From: Octopus sinensis
Lineage: Eukaryota
Reading direction: 5' to 3'
DNA: 22,295 nt
Assembly (NCBI RefSeq): GCF_006345805.1
Contig: NW_021823933.1
Span: 1 to 22,295, forward strand
Shown: positions 1 through 8,530 of the stretch, one piece after another
Numbering within the stretch: position 1 is the stretch's first letter
How the letters are laid out: each line of letters starts with the position of its first letter
The notes under the pieces: generated by a model
What the model was told of the DNA's origin: nothing
The model's input: the letters and a program-made list of their open reading frames with translations, nothing else
Databases searched by the model: none
Program-made: the position numbers and the translations under genes

Positions 1-957
1 AGTTGAATATTACAGCCATATGAGCCTTTGCGGCATCCTTTCTGCTCTTCTGGAGACCAGTTTTTTTTCGTCCAGGTGCTTGTTCAGCCTTTGTGATATC
101 ACTGGCAGTAAATGCCTTGAACATAGTAGGGAGGCAGGTTTATTGGTCTCTAGTTTCTGGTTTTTCTGTTTCATTTGATTGGGAATTAAGATGGTTTCCC
201 CTTCGTGAGCCATTCAGGCATTGACTCTGGTTCTGCTAGTACGTTGTTAAAGTTTTCAGCCAGCTTTTTGTGCATTCCTGTAGAATATTTCAACCAGAAG
301 TTGGGGATCTTGTCATGCTCAGGTTGCCTTCCAGTGCTTAGTCTTTGCAGTGCCTGGGTGACCTCTTCAGTTGTTATGGGAGTCCAAAGTTGTTCAGATG
401 CCGAGTTTGTTATTTTGATACTGTTTTTTTTGAGGGGTTCGTTCGCCGACCATATGTCTCTCCAGAATTCTTCCAATTCTTCTGCCGTTGGTGCTGCAGT
501 GACTTCTATTTTATTTTTGGCCAGTTCTTGGTAGAACTTTGGGGGTTGGAGTTGAACTTTTTGTTTGTTCAAAGAAGCGTTGGCGTTTCTCGTACCGGCG
601 GATCCTTTGTGCTTTGGCAAGGATATCTTGCTTCAGCTTTTCTTTTATTTCAGGCAAATCTTTCTCTGTGATGTTATATTGCGGAGTATTTTTGTTCTCT
701 TTTTGTTGCTCGAGTAGCGTTGATGTTTGCTGATTTCATTAAGAATCGACAGGTCTTTTCTAATTTTTTAATTTTGCTTTGGATGTTATTTATCCACAAG
801 GTTGTTTGGGTGGTACTCCTGTTTGGGCGGGTTTGGGTGAGTATCCAGCTTCTTTTGTGGCTGCAGTGGCTGCTACGTATATTAAGTTATTTAGCTCAGT
901 GATATCACTTTTTTTTTATTCAGTGGCTATCAGTTCAGTGACGGCTAGGTTTATGTT
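1..957 (-). mobile_element. R4/Dong-clade non-LTR retrotransposon fragment, frameshifted; 5'-truncated and runs off the left window edge inside the RT
   Basis: Minus-strand translation across frameshifts gives DITELNNLIYVAATAA...WINNIQSKIK, then EEFWRDIWS...ITTEEVTQAL...DKIPNFWLK...MPEWLTKG, then TILIP...N*RPI(T)CLPTMFKAFTA...RLNKHL...EEQKGCRKGSYGC. This is the pre-RT region and RT domains 0-2 typical of R4/Dong. Confidence 0.85.
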
Positions 958-983
958 TATTATTATTATTATTAGGTTTATTA

Positions 984-1032
<49 letters not shown>

Positions 1033-1043
1033 TTATTCATTCA

Positions 1044-1086
<43 letters not shown>

Positions 1087-1117
1087 TATTATTATTATTA
1101 TTGTTGTTGTTGTTGTT
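958..1117. repeat. (TTA)n/(TTG)n microsatellite, i.e. (CAA)n(TAA)n on the minus strand
   Basis: Direct reading. Confidence 0.98.
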
Positions 1118-1194
1118 CAGGTTACTGCTTAGAATCGAACTCGGAATCTTAGGCTAAGTAGTTTGCGCTCTTAACCACTACGCTATATGTCCGT
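1118..1194 (-). mobile_element. Short tRNA-derived SINE-like head
   Basis: Minus strand has an A box (TAGCGTAGTGG, 1185-1175) and B box (GAGTTCGATTC, 1142-1132), followed directly by the (CAA)n(TAA)n run. There is no acceptor stem, so it is not a tRNA gene. Confidence 0.75.
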
Positions 1195-1961
1195 CAACAA
1201 CAAGAAAACGAGGACAAATATCCGTCGAATGTAAATAATGAAAATAATGTAAATAAAGAACAGAAATTGATTTAAATGAATGCAGCAGCTGAGTGTCTTC
1301 ATCAGCAGCGGCCAATCGGTTGCCAACGGGAGGTAATCATAAAGCACAAGGTAAAACCAATGACCAACCGATTACTCTTAAAATGCTGCGTCATATAATA
1401 AATAGTTATGAATAAATGTTGAAAGACAGCCATTAAAATTAATGAATAACCTGGTCAAAGTAGATTAGCACTGGACAGATCTTGTAGTTTTTAAATAATA
1501 AAACAAAATAAAATCTACAAAGGTAATTAAACACTTCACGTATAATTATTAGAAAGAAATTAAACCGAAACCTTTAATTTAAAAAATGATATATGTATGT
1601 ATTATGTATGTATTTCGCTTCTTTACATTCTAAGTGCGAATCCCGCTGAGGTCAACTCTTTGCCTGTCAAAAGTATTTTCATAAACTTTTCCCTAAACGT
1701 CCATTCTTGTTTTCAGACTTTCCAGCTAGCTTAGCCGATGTAATTATAACGCTTTCCATTCACAAGTCCCAAGATATTCTAGCGGATGAAAAAAGTTGGG
1801 GATGTGTATCAAATATGATGCATGGGCACTAGGGAAATATGTCAGGCAACGGGTTAAACTTTCACCCTTCTGTAACCGAATAAAGTATCATTTTTTGGCA
1901 ATGGTCAGTAGAATTGTTAGACCGATAGTAAAAATGTTTTACCAAATTTGTCATAGCTCTT

Positions 1962-2017
1962 TACTCGAGGGTTTCAGCTGTGTATTCCCATGCAATATTT
2001 GGGACCGCTTTCATTGG
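1962..2017 (-). ncRNA. Degenerate type-I hammerhead-like motif in the PLE 3' region
   Basis: Minus strand: CCAAUGA-A-[AGC..UCCCA/UGGGA..GCU]-GAAAC-CCUCGA-GUA. There are two core mismatches versus CUGAUGA and stem I is not evident. Confidence 0.4.
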
Positions 2018-2079
2018 TCGGTCGACTGTACATGTCGTCGACTGTTGTCTGTTACACAATGAAAGAAATCCATTAAAAA

Positions 2080-2398
2080 TTTTTCAGGGAAGAATTTCGG
2101 TATATGTAGGCAAGACAGATTAAGTTCACATTTTTTAAAGATTAAAGATAGTTGATAATAAGGAGCTTCTCACTGAGGTAGATGTTGTAGGACTTAGGTC
2201 CGGTTTTAGCGTCTGTGTTTTATTTAACATAATCAACGAAATTCTGGTGATCCCTCCTTTGTCTTTCTATTTCCAAATGTATTTCGAAAATATAACTGCT
2301 GCATTTTCCGAGAGTGCTTTTACTTTAGACACTGAATTTTGTCCCCTTTATAAAATTTACATGTTCGCTCAGCAACGCATTCCGTGTAACTTGAATGC
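2080..2398 (-). mobile_element. Penelope-like element GIY-YIG endonuclease C-terminal remnant (Neptune-type wording)
   Basis: Minus frames give SYTECVAERTCKFYKGDK, AVIFSKYIWK*KDKGG and GPKSYNIYLSEKLLIINY. These match the PLE pattern YIG..E..FK.RY..H / LSKYIW.LKD / K.C.LC..EKL.II. Confidence 0.7.
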
Positions 2399-2400
2399 AA

Positions 2401-3265
2401 TGAGGTACCCAAAAGAAACCGGAATTTTGCAGTATTATCTAATCCTCTTGGTTTTACATCTTTATACTTTGATCGCCTTCAAAGTATTCTCCATTTGAAG
2501 TAATGCATCGGTCCAGACGCGTTTTCTACTGTTGGAAGCAGTGCTGGAACTCTTCTTTTTAACGCCTCCTTCATTTTTTCTTCACCTCTTCCACATCTGC
2601 AAATTCCATAGCACTAGTGATGACTTTCGAAAAAAGGTCCGGATCAACTTCCAACTGTTCTTTCAATTCCCGACACGCGTTCAGTCGTGACTACTTTTGA
2701 TCTTCCGTGAGCAAGCGAGGCACAAATTTTGCTGCAACTCTTTTCATTCGCAATTCTTCGCTCAAAATTCATTGGCAGGAGCTCCAGGACACACCAATCA
2801 TATCAACAAGTTCGTCAGTTGTTCGGCGACTGTTCTCCAAGATCAGTTCATGAATTTCCGTGATGTTTTCATTCGTTCAGAAGGTTAACGATCGTTCTGA
2901 ACGAGTTTGGTCTTCAAGCGACAAGTGAGCTATTCTAAAAGCGTGGAAATCACTCGTAAACTTGTGTTTTTGCCCAGGTAAGCTGTTTGAAGCATGAAAA
3001 CTTTCGGATGCCGTTTCCTCGAGTAGAAAACAGAATTCTATGGAAGCATGTTGTTTCTTCGTTTCAGCCATCGCAAAAATCGACGAACAGACGGGAGAAG
3101 CATTGCAAAACAAAGAAGCACCACGTTGCAGCATGACCGCGCAGGACGACACCAGTCGGCAGACTGATGCTTGAGGGTCGCATCAAGTGACTTCTAGCGG
3201 CAGAAGCCTGAACTACAACGGGCTCGTTCCACAGAGAATGCTTCCGGTTATTTTTGGGTACTCTA
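2401..3265 (-). mobile_element. Mariner (Tc1/mariner) transposon with both TIRs and an internal deletion
   Basis: TIRs TGAGGTACCCAAAAGAAACCGGAA (2401-2424) and TTCCGGTTATTTTTGGGTACTCTA (3242-3265) are imperfect inverted copies. A TA target duplication is not cleanly visible. Confidence 0.9.
2454..3071 (-). pseudogene. Mariner transposase pseudogene lacking the DD34D core
   Basis: Reads MAETKKQHASIEFCF...SLEDQTRSER...ELRMKRVAAKFVPRLLTEDQK...LFSKVIT, then jumps at ~2604 to FADVEEVK...RLDRCITSNGEYFEGD. Several frameshifts and stops. Confidence 0.88.
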
Positions 3266-3267
3266 TG

Positions 3268-3370
3268 CACTTTTATAATTGCTCAATGTTCGAGAGACAT
3301 TCCTTCACATTCTATTTTCAGATTTCACCCTCATTGACTTACATTCCATCCTTCTAGGGTTTCAATAAAT
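3268..3370 (-). mobile_element. Probable upstream part of the same PLE GIY-YIG domain, on the other side of the mariner
   Basis: Minus strand reads CKSMRVKSENRM*(G)ECLS across a frameshift, resembling the CNCR.K..CP..G.CL motif that precedes YIG. It is colinear with 2080-2398. Confidence 0.4.
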
Positions 3371-3440
3371 TAAACTTACAAAAGTCGAATTGTATGAACT
3401 GTCACACCCCACTTTTGTGAACTTGTACTGTTAATATCAC

Positions 3441-3490
3441 CATCATCATCATCACCATTGTCGTTGTCGTCGTCGTCCTCCTCCTCCTCC
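3441..3490. repeat. Compound (CAT)n(GTC)n(CTC)n microsatellite
   Basis: Direct reading. Confidence 0.85.
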
Positions 3491-3759
3491 CGCTCTCTAC
3501 CGTTGTCTTTTCAATGGCTTTTTTTCATTAGATAATGGCCACACATGAGTTCTTGTTATAAGTTTGGTATTATGTCATTGCGTATCGCATTTTTTTTGAA
3601 GCTTACTTTCTGTTTTATTCTTTCCCACCTCCAACTGTTTCTGTTTTCTTTTATCCTTTTATCCCACAATAACTCTTTCTTCTTTTATCTCACAACTCTC
3701 TATCATTTCACTCCTTGCTTTGTATTTCCCGGATTCATCGGGAAAAAAAAAAAAAAATC

Positions 3760-4480
3760 AGATTAATACTTTGCTCGTGTTTTATAACCTTTTGTATTAG
3801 TTTTCCTATGAATTCTTTATTAGTTGCTTTTGTAATAATACAGTACATATTCATATCAGTTTTCTATTCGCGTAAGGCTCTAACATACTTTCTTTATATT
3901 CGTGATGAATATAATCATTTTGCATCAGATGTTTTGTTATATATTCTAAGTAAAGTAATTAATTTTCTATTTTTCTGTTTAATTTTGCTAATTACTTTGG
4001 TATTAATTTGAGAATACTATAATTACAATAATTACAACACAACACAACACATTACTGAAATAGCAAGGTCGACCAGATGAGGATAATGATGATGACTGAA
4101 ATAGCGAGGGTATTAATGTACACTCTCGTAACTTATTGCCTTCCGGTCTGTTTTAAGTATTAATCTAAAGTGAGTATAATATTCGTTCCTATTTCTTTCT
4201 TTTTTTTTATTTCATCGGCATGTGTAACAATCTGTCTAATTCATTGATTCCAAAATATTTGTAAGTCTACGTTTGGTCTAATTCTCTTGCCTCTGTTTTT
4301 TTATCTAGCATGATATTAACAGCGTTCTTAATTAACTTACCTTCGCACATTATTCTAATCTTAATTTCACACCAATTGCTCCAGTAAATCTGTGTAGTGT
4401 CTGAAGCAGTGTTTCTAGTTGCGCATCAAAAGCTGCATACACTTTGGGGTCGTCCATATACAAAAGAGAATTGATTCCCC
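3760..4480 (-). mobile_element. Second, older R4/Dong-clade LINE fragment (RT catalytic motif and thumb)
   Basis: Minus strand: GINSLLYMDDPKVYAAFDAQLETLLQTLHRFTGAIGVKLRLE*CAK (YMDD at 4460-4449), then RELDQT*TYKYFGINE, RLILKT, INTLAISV and LAKLNRKI. Many frameshifts. Confidence 0.8.
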
Positions 4481-4637
4481 AACACCGTAACTTAGCACTT
4501 CAACATAAAAGACCAATAGAATCAGTACTAAACTTAAAAACTGGATAAAGGGTCTATTTGTTCGATTAAATCTCACCGAAGCAGAGTTTCTGTTGGCTGC
4601 AGTCCAATGACTGAACCAAGTAAAAGATAAAAGATAA
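4481..4637 (+). mobile_element. SINE family A 3' tail fragment
   Basis: Similar to 11910-12055 (CCGTAACTTAGC...GCAGTC.AATGACTGAA..AAGTAAAAGA). Confidence 0.75.
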
Positions 4638-4864
4638 ATAATTTTCTGTTGGTGCTGCATAAATTTCTATTTTAGTTTTATCTTGTTCTAGATAAAAACA
4701 TTATTGGCCAAGAATCGAGCCGTTTGTTCTATTCAAGGAATCATTGGCGCTGTTCACAACAAAAGATACTTTGGAATTTAACGAAGATATCTTGTCTCGG
4801 CGTTCTATATATAATTTCAGGAGCTATTTTTACTATGTTATATATATCTGGAGTCCTTGTTAAT

Positions 4865-5245
4865 CTTTTATCATCTTTTGTTTTTTACTTGTTTCATATA
4901 TTGGACTGCGGCCATGCTGGGGCACCGCCATCAAAGGTGTTGAACAAAATCGATTACAGAACTTATATTTTTATAAAGTCTGGTATTTAGCCTACCGGTG
5001 TCTTTTGCCGAACTGCTAAGTTACGGGGGCGCAAAAAAACCAACACCGGTTGTCAAGTGGTGGGAGGATAGATAAAAAGAGGAAACCACCTCCCCATGTA
5101 TACATGTTTACAATGGAATTGTTTTCAGTGTTTTCGTCTACGAAATCCACTCACAAGGTTTTAATCGGCCCAAGGTGACATACAGTAGAACTGAACCGAA
5201 AGCCATGTGGTTGGGAAGCAAGCTTCTAAATATACAGCCATGCCT
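4865..5245 (-). mobile_element. SINE family A, near full length
   Basis: Reverse-complement homologue of 11666-12055, covering head, middle and tail. Confidence 0.85.
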
Positions 5246-5247
5246 TA

Positions 5248-5404
5248 TATCGACCCCAGTGCGTAACTGATATTTATTTAATCGACCCCCTAAAGGATGA
5301 AAGACAAAGTCGACCTCGGCGGAATTTGAACTCAGAACCTAACGGCAGACGAAATACCGCTAAGCATTTCGCCCGGCGTGCTAACGACTCTGCCAGCTCG
5401 CCGA
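5248..5404 (-). mobile_element. SINE family B (tRNA head plus Deu/Nin-like central domain)
   Basis: Minus strand has GAGTTCAAATTCCGCCGAGGTCGACTTTGTCTTTCATCC; near-identical to 8285-8440. Confidence 0.88.
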
Positions 5405-5409
5405 CTTCT

Positions 5410-5630
5410 TGGCGTATGGCTTAGTGGTTAGAGTATTCGGCTCATGATCATAAGGTCGAAAGTTCGATTCCCGGCGGTACATTGAGTCCTTAAGCATGAC
5501 ACTTTAGCTGTATTTCGAAGGGCTAGACGAGCCATCACGTTCTGTGCCACATTCTCTCTCCATGAGAACTACGCTGCCATGGGAACTTGCGTCTGTGGAG
5601 TGCTCAGCCACTTGCATGTTAATTTCACCT
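5410..5630 (+). mobile_element. tRNA-headed SINE with a CORE-like start and a family C tail
   Basis: A box TGGCTTAGTGG and B box GTTCGATTCCC. The tail GAGAACTACG...GTGGAGTGCTCAGCCACTTGCATGTTAATTTCAC matches the minus strand of ~21290-21355. Confidence 0.8.
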
Positions 5631-5689
5631 ATCTGTCCGTTTATGTGCCTGTGTATGTTCCGCGTGTGCGTATGTCGGTCTATGTGTCT

Positions 5690-5770
5690 GTGCATGTATG
5701 TATGTATGTATGTATGTATGTATGTATGTATGTATGTATGTATGTATGTATGTATATCTATCTTTCTATA

Positions 5771-5804
<34 letters not shown>

Positions 5805-5805
5805 A

Positions 5806-5864
<59 letters not shown>

Positions 5865-5865
5865 A
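5690..5865. repeat. (ATGT)n/(TA)n/(TATC)n compound microsatellite; the (TATC)n part is the (GATA)n tail of the adjacent RTE
   Basis: Direct reading. Confidence 0.95.
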
Positions 5866-6530
5866 ATGCATCGACCAGGTTATCGGATTTTGTTATACAC
5901 CGCTGTTCACAATGTACTTCCAATTCTTTCTTGATTGCACCCCCTTCTTTTCCATCTTGACTTAAATCACTTTACTGAACCATCTCCCCATCGTTGCGGA
6001 GGCGTTTCGAATGTCCTTTTCCGATCTTTTAGATATCACTCAGCAGCTACACAGATCCGCCTCTTTATTGTCTGTGAACCTTGCAACATGCTCGGTCCGG
6101 CGGAACTTACGCATTTGGTGTTCTGCGATCACATCTTTCGCTCCAGTCCGTCCTTGAATTATTTCATTTCGGATATGCTCTCGTTATGATATTCCTAGTA
6201 TGGATCTTCCCATGACCCCTTGCATCGTAACCAATCGATTGTTTTCCCTTTTCGTAGTAACCCACATCTCACTTGCGCATAAGAAGGAAGCTAAGACGTA
6301 TGGATTTATCTAGCTTTGCTTTCAAAGACCCTTTATTGAGTGAAGCGCCTTTCATCCTGCCCTTATTTTCTTCGAGATTTCAGGATCTATGCATCTGCAC
6401 ATATTCACTATGTGCCTTAAAAAAATATACTCCTTTACCTCCTCAATTTCATCGCCTTCTCCCACCTCTATTCGGCCTTGTGCTACGTTTTCAGACGACA
6501 TGTGTGTTCATGGATGCCATTTATAGTCTT
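5866..6530 (-). mobile_element. RTE-clade LINE 3' fragment, 5'-truncated
   Basis: Minus strand: IEEVKEYIFLRHIVNM...EISKKIRAG*KA...LKAKLDK...VLASFLCASEMWVTTKRENNRL...ILGIS*REHIRNEII..RTG..DVI...HVARFTDN...RKRTFETPPQRW, followed by a (GATA)n tail. Confidence 0.88.
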
Positions 6531-6744
6531 AAAACGGTTGCAGGGGTTCAAAGACTAAAAACTTGAATTATAATCGCAGATATTTATGGGTTTTCTCAGT
6601 CAAAAGTCATAAATCAATTATATTTCATAATGAAAATTACTTTTTTTCAAATTACTTTTTTTTTATTAATATTTTTACAATTTCAAATTATTCATCCTAT
6701 GTGAGCGTGTGAATGGGTGTGACCGTGCATGATATATATGTGGT

Positions 6745-6922
6745 TGAGCATTACTTAACTTCCAGAAGAGAGCTATAAAGCGACTTCTAATGTTATTATT
6801 AGACGGGAGCCACGATGTACAACGAAAACAAAAACGTATGAAAATTCTGTACCGTAAAATCGAACTTTTAGTGGTTATCATAAGATATTAGATAAATGAT
6901 AAATTGATCTCAATTCTGATAT
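6745..6922 (+). mobile_element. Unclassified repeat family X, copy 1 (possibly PLE-related)
   Basis: 6767-6922 aligns to the reverse complement of 12066-12222 (about 85% by eye). The frame reads NFQKRAIKRLLMLLLDGSHDVQRKQ. Confidence 0.6.
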
Positions 6923-6963
6923 ATATATATATAATAGAAATATTAAAATACTAAGTCTCTCTA

Positions 6964-7217
<254 letters not shown>

Positions 7218-7231
7218 TACATCCTGTGTAT

Positions 7232-7538
7232 GTGTGAAGGCCCATGGATCAGTGGTTAGAGCGTCGAGCTTACGATCGTGAAGTTGTGAGTTCGATTCCC
7301 GGACTGGGCTGCGTGTTGTGTTCTTGGGCAAGACACTTTATTTCACATTAACTCAGCTGTAGAAAAGAATTCTGACGTCACAGGTGCCAAGCTGTATCGG
7401 CCCCTTTGCCTTTCCCTTGGATAACATCAGTGGTGTGGAGAGGGGAGGCTGGCATGCATGGGCGACTGCTGGCCTTGTGCCTGGAAGGGTAACTTTCTAG
7501 ATGCAATTCCATGGTCATTCATGACTGAAGGGGGTCTC
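7232..7538 (+). mobile_element. tRNA-headed SINE with CORE-like central domain, near full length
   Basis: A box TGGATCAGTGG and B box GAGTTCGATTCCC. TTCTTGGGCAAGACACTTTATTTCAC...CTCAGCTGTAGAAA resembles the CORE consensus. Confidence 0.85.
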
Positions 7539-7704
7539 ATATATATATATTTAACTTGCAGAAAATAGCTGTACAGCGGCTTGTACATATCATGTAAGCC
7601 GGAGGCAAACCTATAATTAATAGCGGATCATTCATGCAGTTAGTTTCGACAAGGGAGGTTATTCTTACTCACGTTGCCAGGCTCTAGTGAAAGTACATGG
7701 TGTC

Positions 7705-7965
7705 AAATGATTAGGGTATTGCAATCACGATTTAGATTCCTGGACCGAGCTGCGCGTTGTGTTCTTGAGCAAAGCACTTCATTTCACGTTGCTCCAGTTC
7801 ATACAGCTGTAAAGGGGTAACCATTCAACAGACGGGCATCCTTTTCAAGGTACATGTTGTGATTTCGGATACATATACACCAAGGAAACGGGTAACCGGA
7901 CCTATGATCTCTTGGACTCGGTACAGTAATGTCCAGGATTGATGATGATGACGATGATGATGATG
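7705..7965 (+). mobile_element. CORE-like SINE with a different 3' part and a (GAT)n tail
   Basis: GTTGTGTTCTTGAGCAAAGCACTTCATTTCACGTTGCTCCAGTTCA as at ~7315; ends in GATGATGATG. Confidence 0.75.
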
Positions 7966-8039
7966 CCAGTCTTGTTGGTGATGTTGTTATGCTCTCTGGC
8001 TTTAATTGGCTCTCAATATATTCCAGTTCAAAATAAGCG

Positions 8040-8440
8040 TTTGGTATATTGGTTTCAAATTTTAGTACATGGCTAGCAATTTCGGGGTTAAGTCAATTGC
8101 ATCGATCCCAGTGCACATTGTACTTATTTTATCGACAACGAAAGGATGAAAGGTAAAGACGACCTCGACAGCATTTGGACATCAGAATGTACAGACCAAC
8201 GAAATGCCTATTTCTTTACTACCCACAAGGGGCTAAACACAGAGGGAACAAACAAGGACAGACAAACGGATTAAATCGATTACATCAACCCCAGTGCGTA
8301 ACTGGTATTTAATTTATCGACCCCGAAAGGATGAAAGGCAAAGTCGACCTCGGCGGAATTTGAACTCAGAACGTAACGGCAGGCGAAATACAGCTACACA
8401 TTTCGCCCGGCGTGCTAACGTTTCTGCCAGCTCGCCGCCT
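8040..8440 (-). mobile_element. SINE family B, dimeric (two Deu/Nin-like units)
   Basis: The GAAAGGATGAAAGG..AAG.CGACCTCG unit occurs at ~8140 and ~8325. The tRNA-like head is at the 8440 end. Confidence 0.85.
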
Positions 8441-8459
8441 GTTTTGTGTATTAGAGAGT

Positions 8460-8530
8460 CAATATATATATATATTATATATATATATACATACATACAT
8501 ACATTCATACATACATACATACATACATAC
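8460..8530. repeat. (TA)n(TACA)n microsatellite, 5' flank of the CR1
   Basis: Direct reading. Confidence 0.95.

Noticed and set aside
1285-1312. CTGATGAAGAC on the minus strand, a possible hammerhead core
   Set aside because: No stem II-GAAA follows.
4335-4345. Strong minus-strand donor-like AAG|GTAAGT
   Set aside because: It lies inside the Dong RT frame (CAK|V), so it is not evidence of a host exon.
1-4480. The two Dong/R4 fragments as one split element
   Set aside because: On the minus strand the RT C-terminal piece precedes the N-terminal piece, so they are not colinear and represent separate insertions.
4690-4860. Acceptor-like TTCTAG followed by open frames (e.g. KHYWPRIEPFVLFKESLAL)
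   Set aside because: No usable donor, the most protein-like frame has a stop right after the AG, and no motif is recognised.
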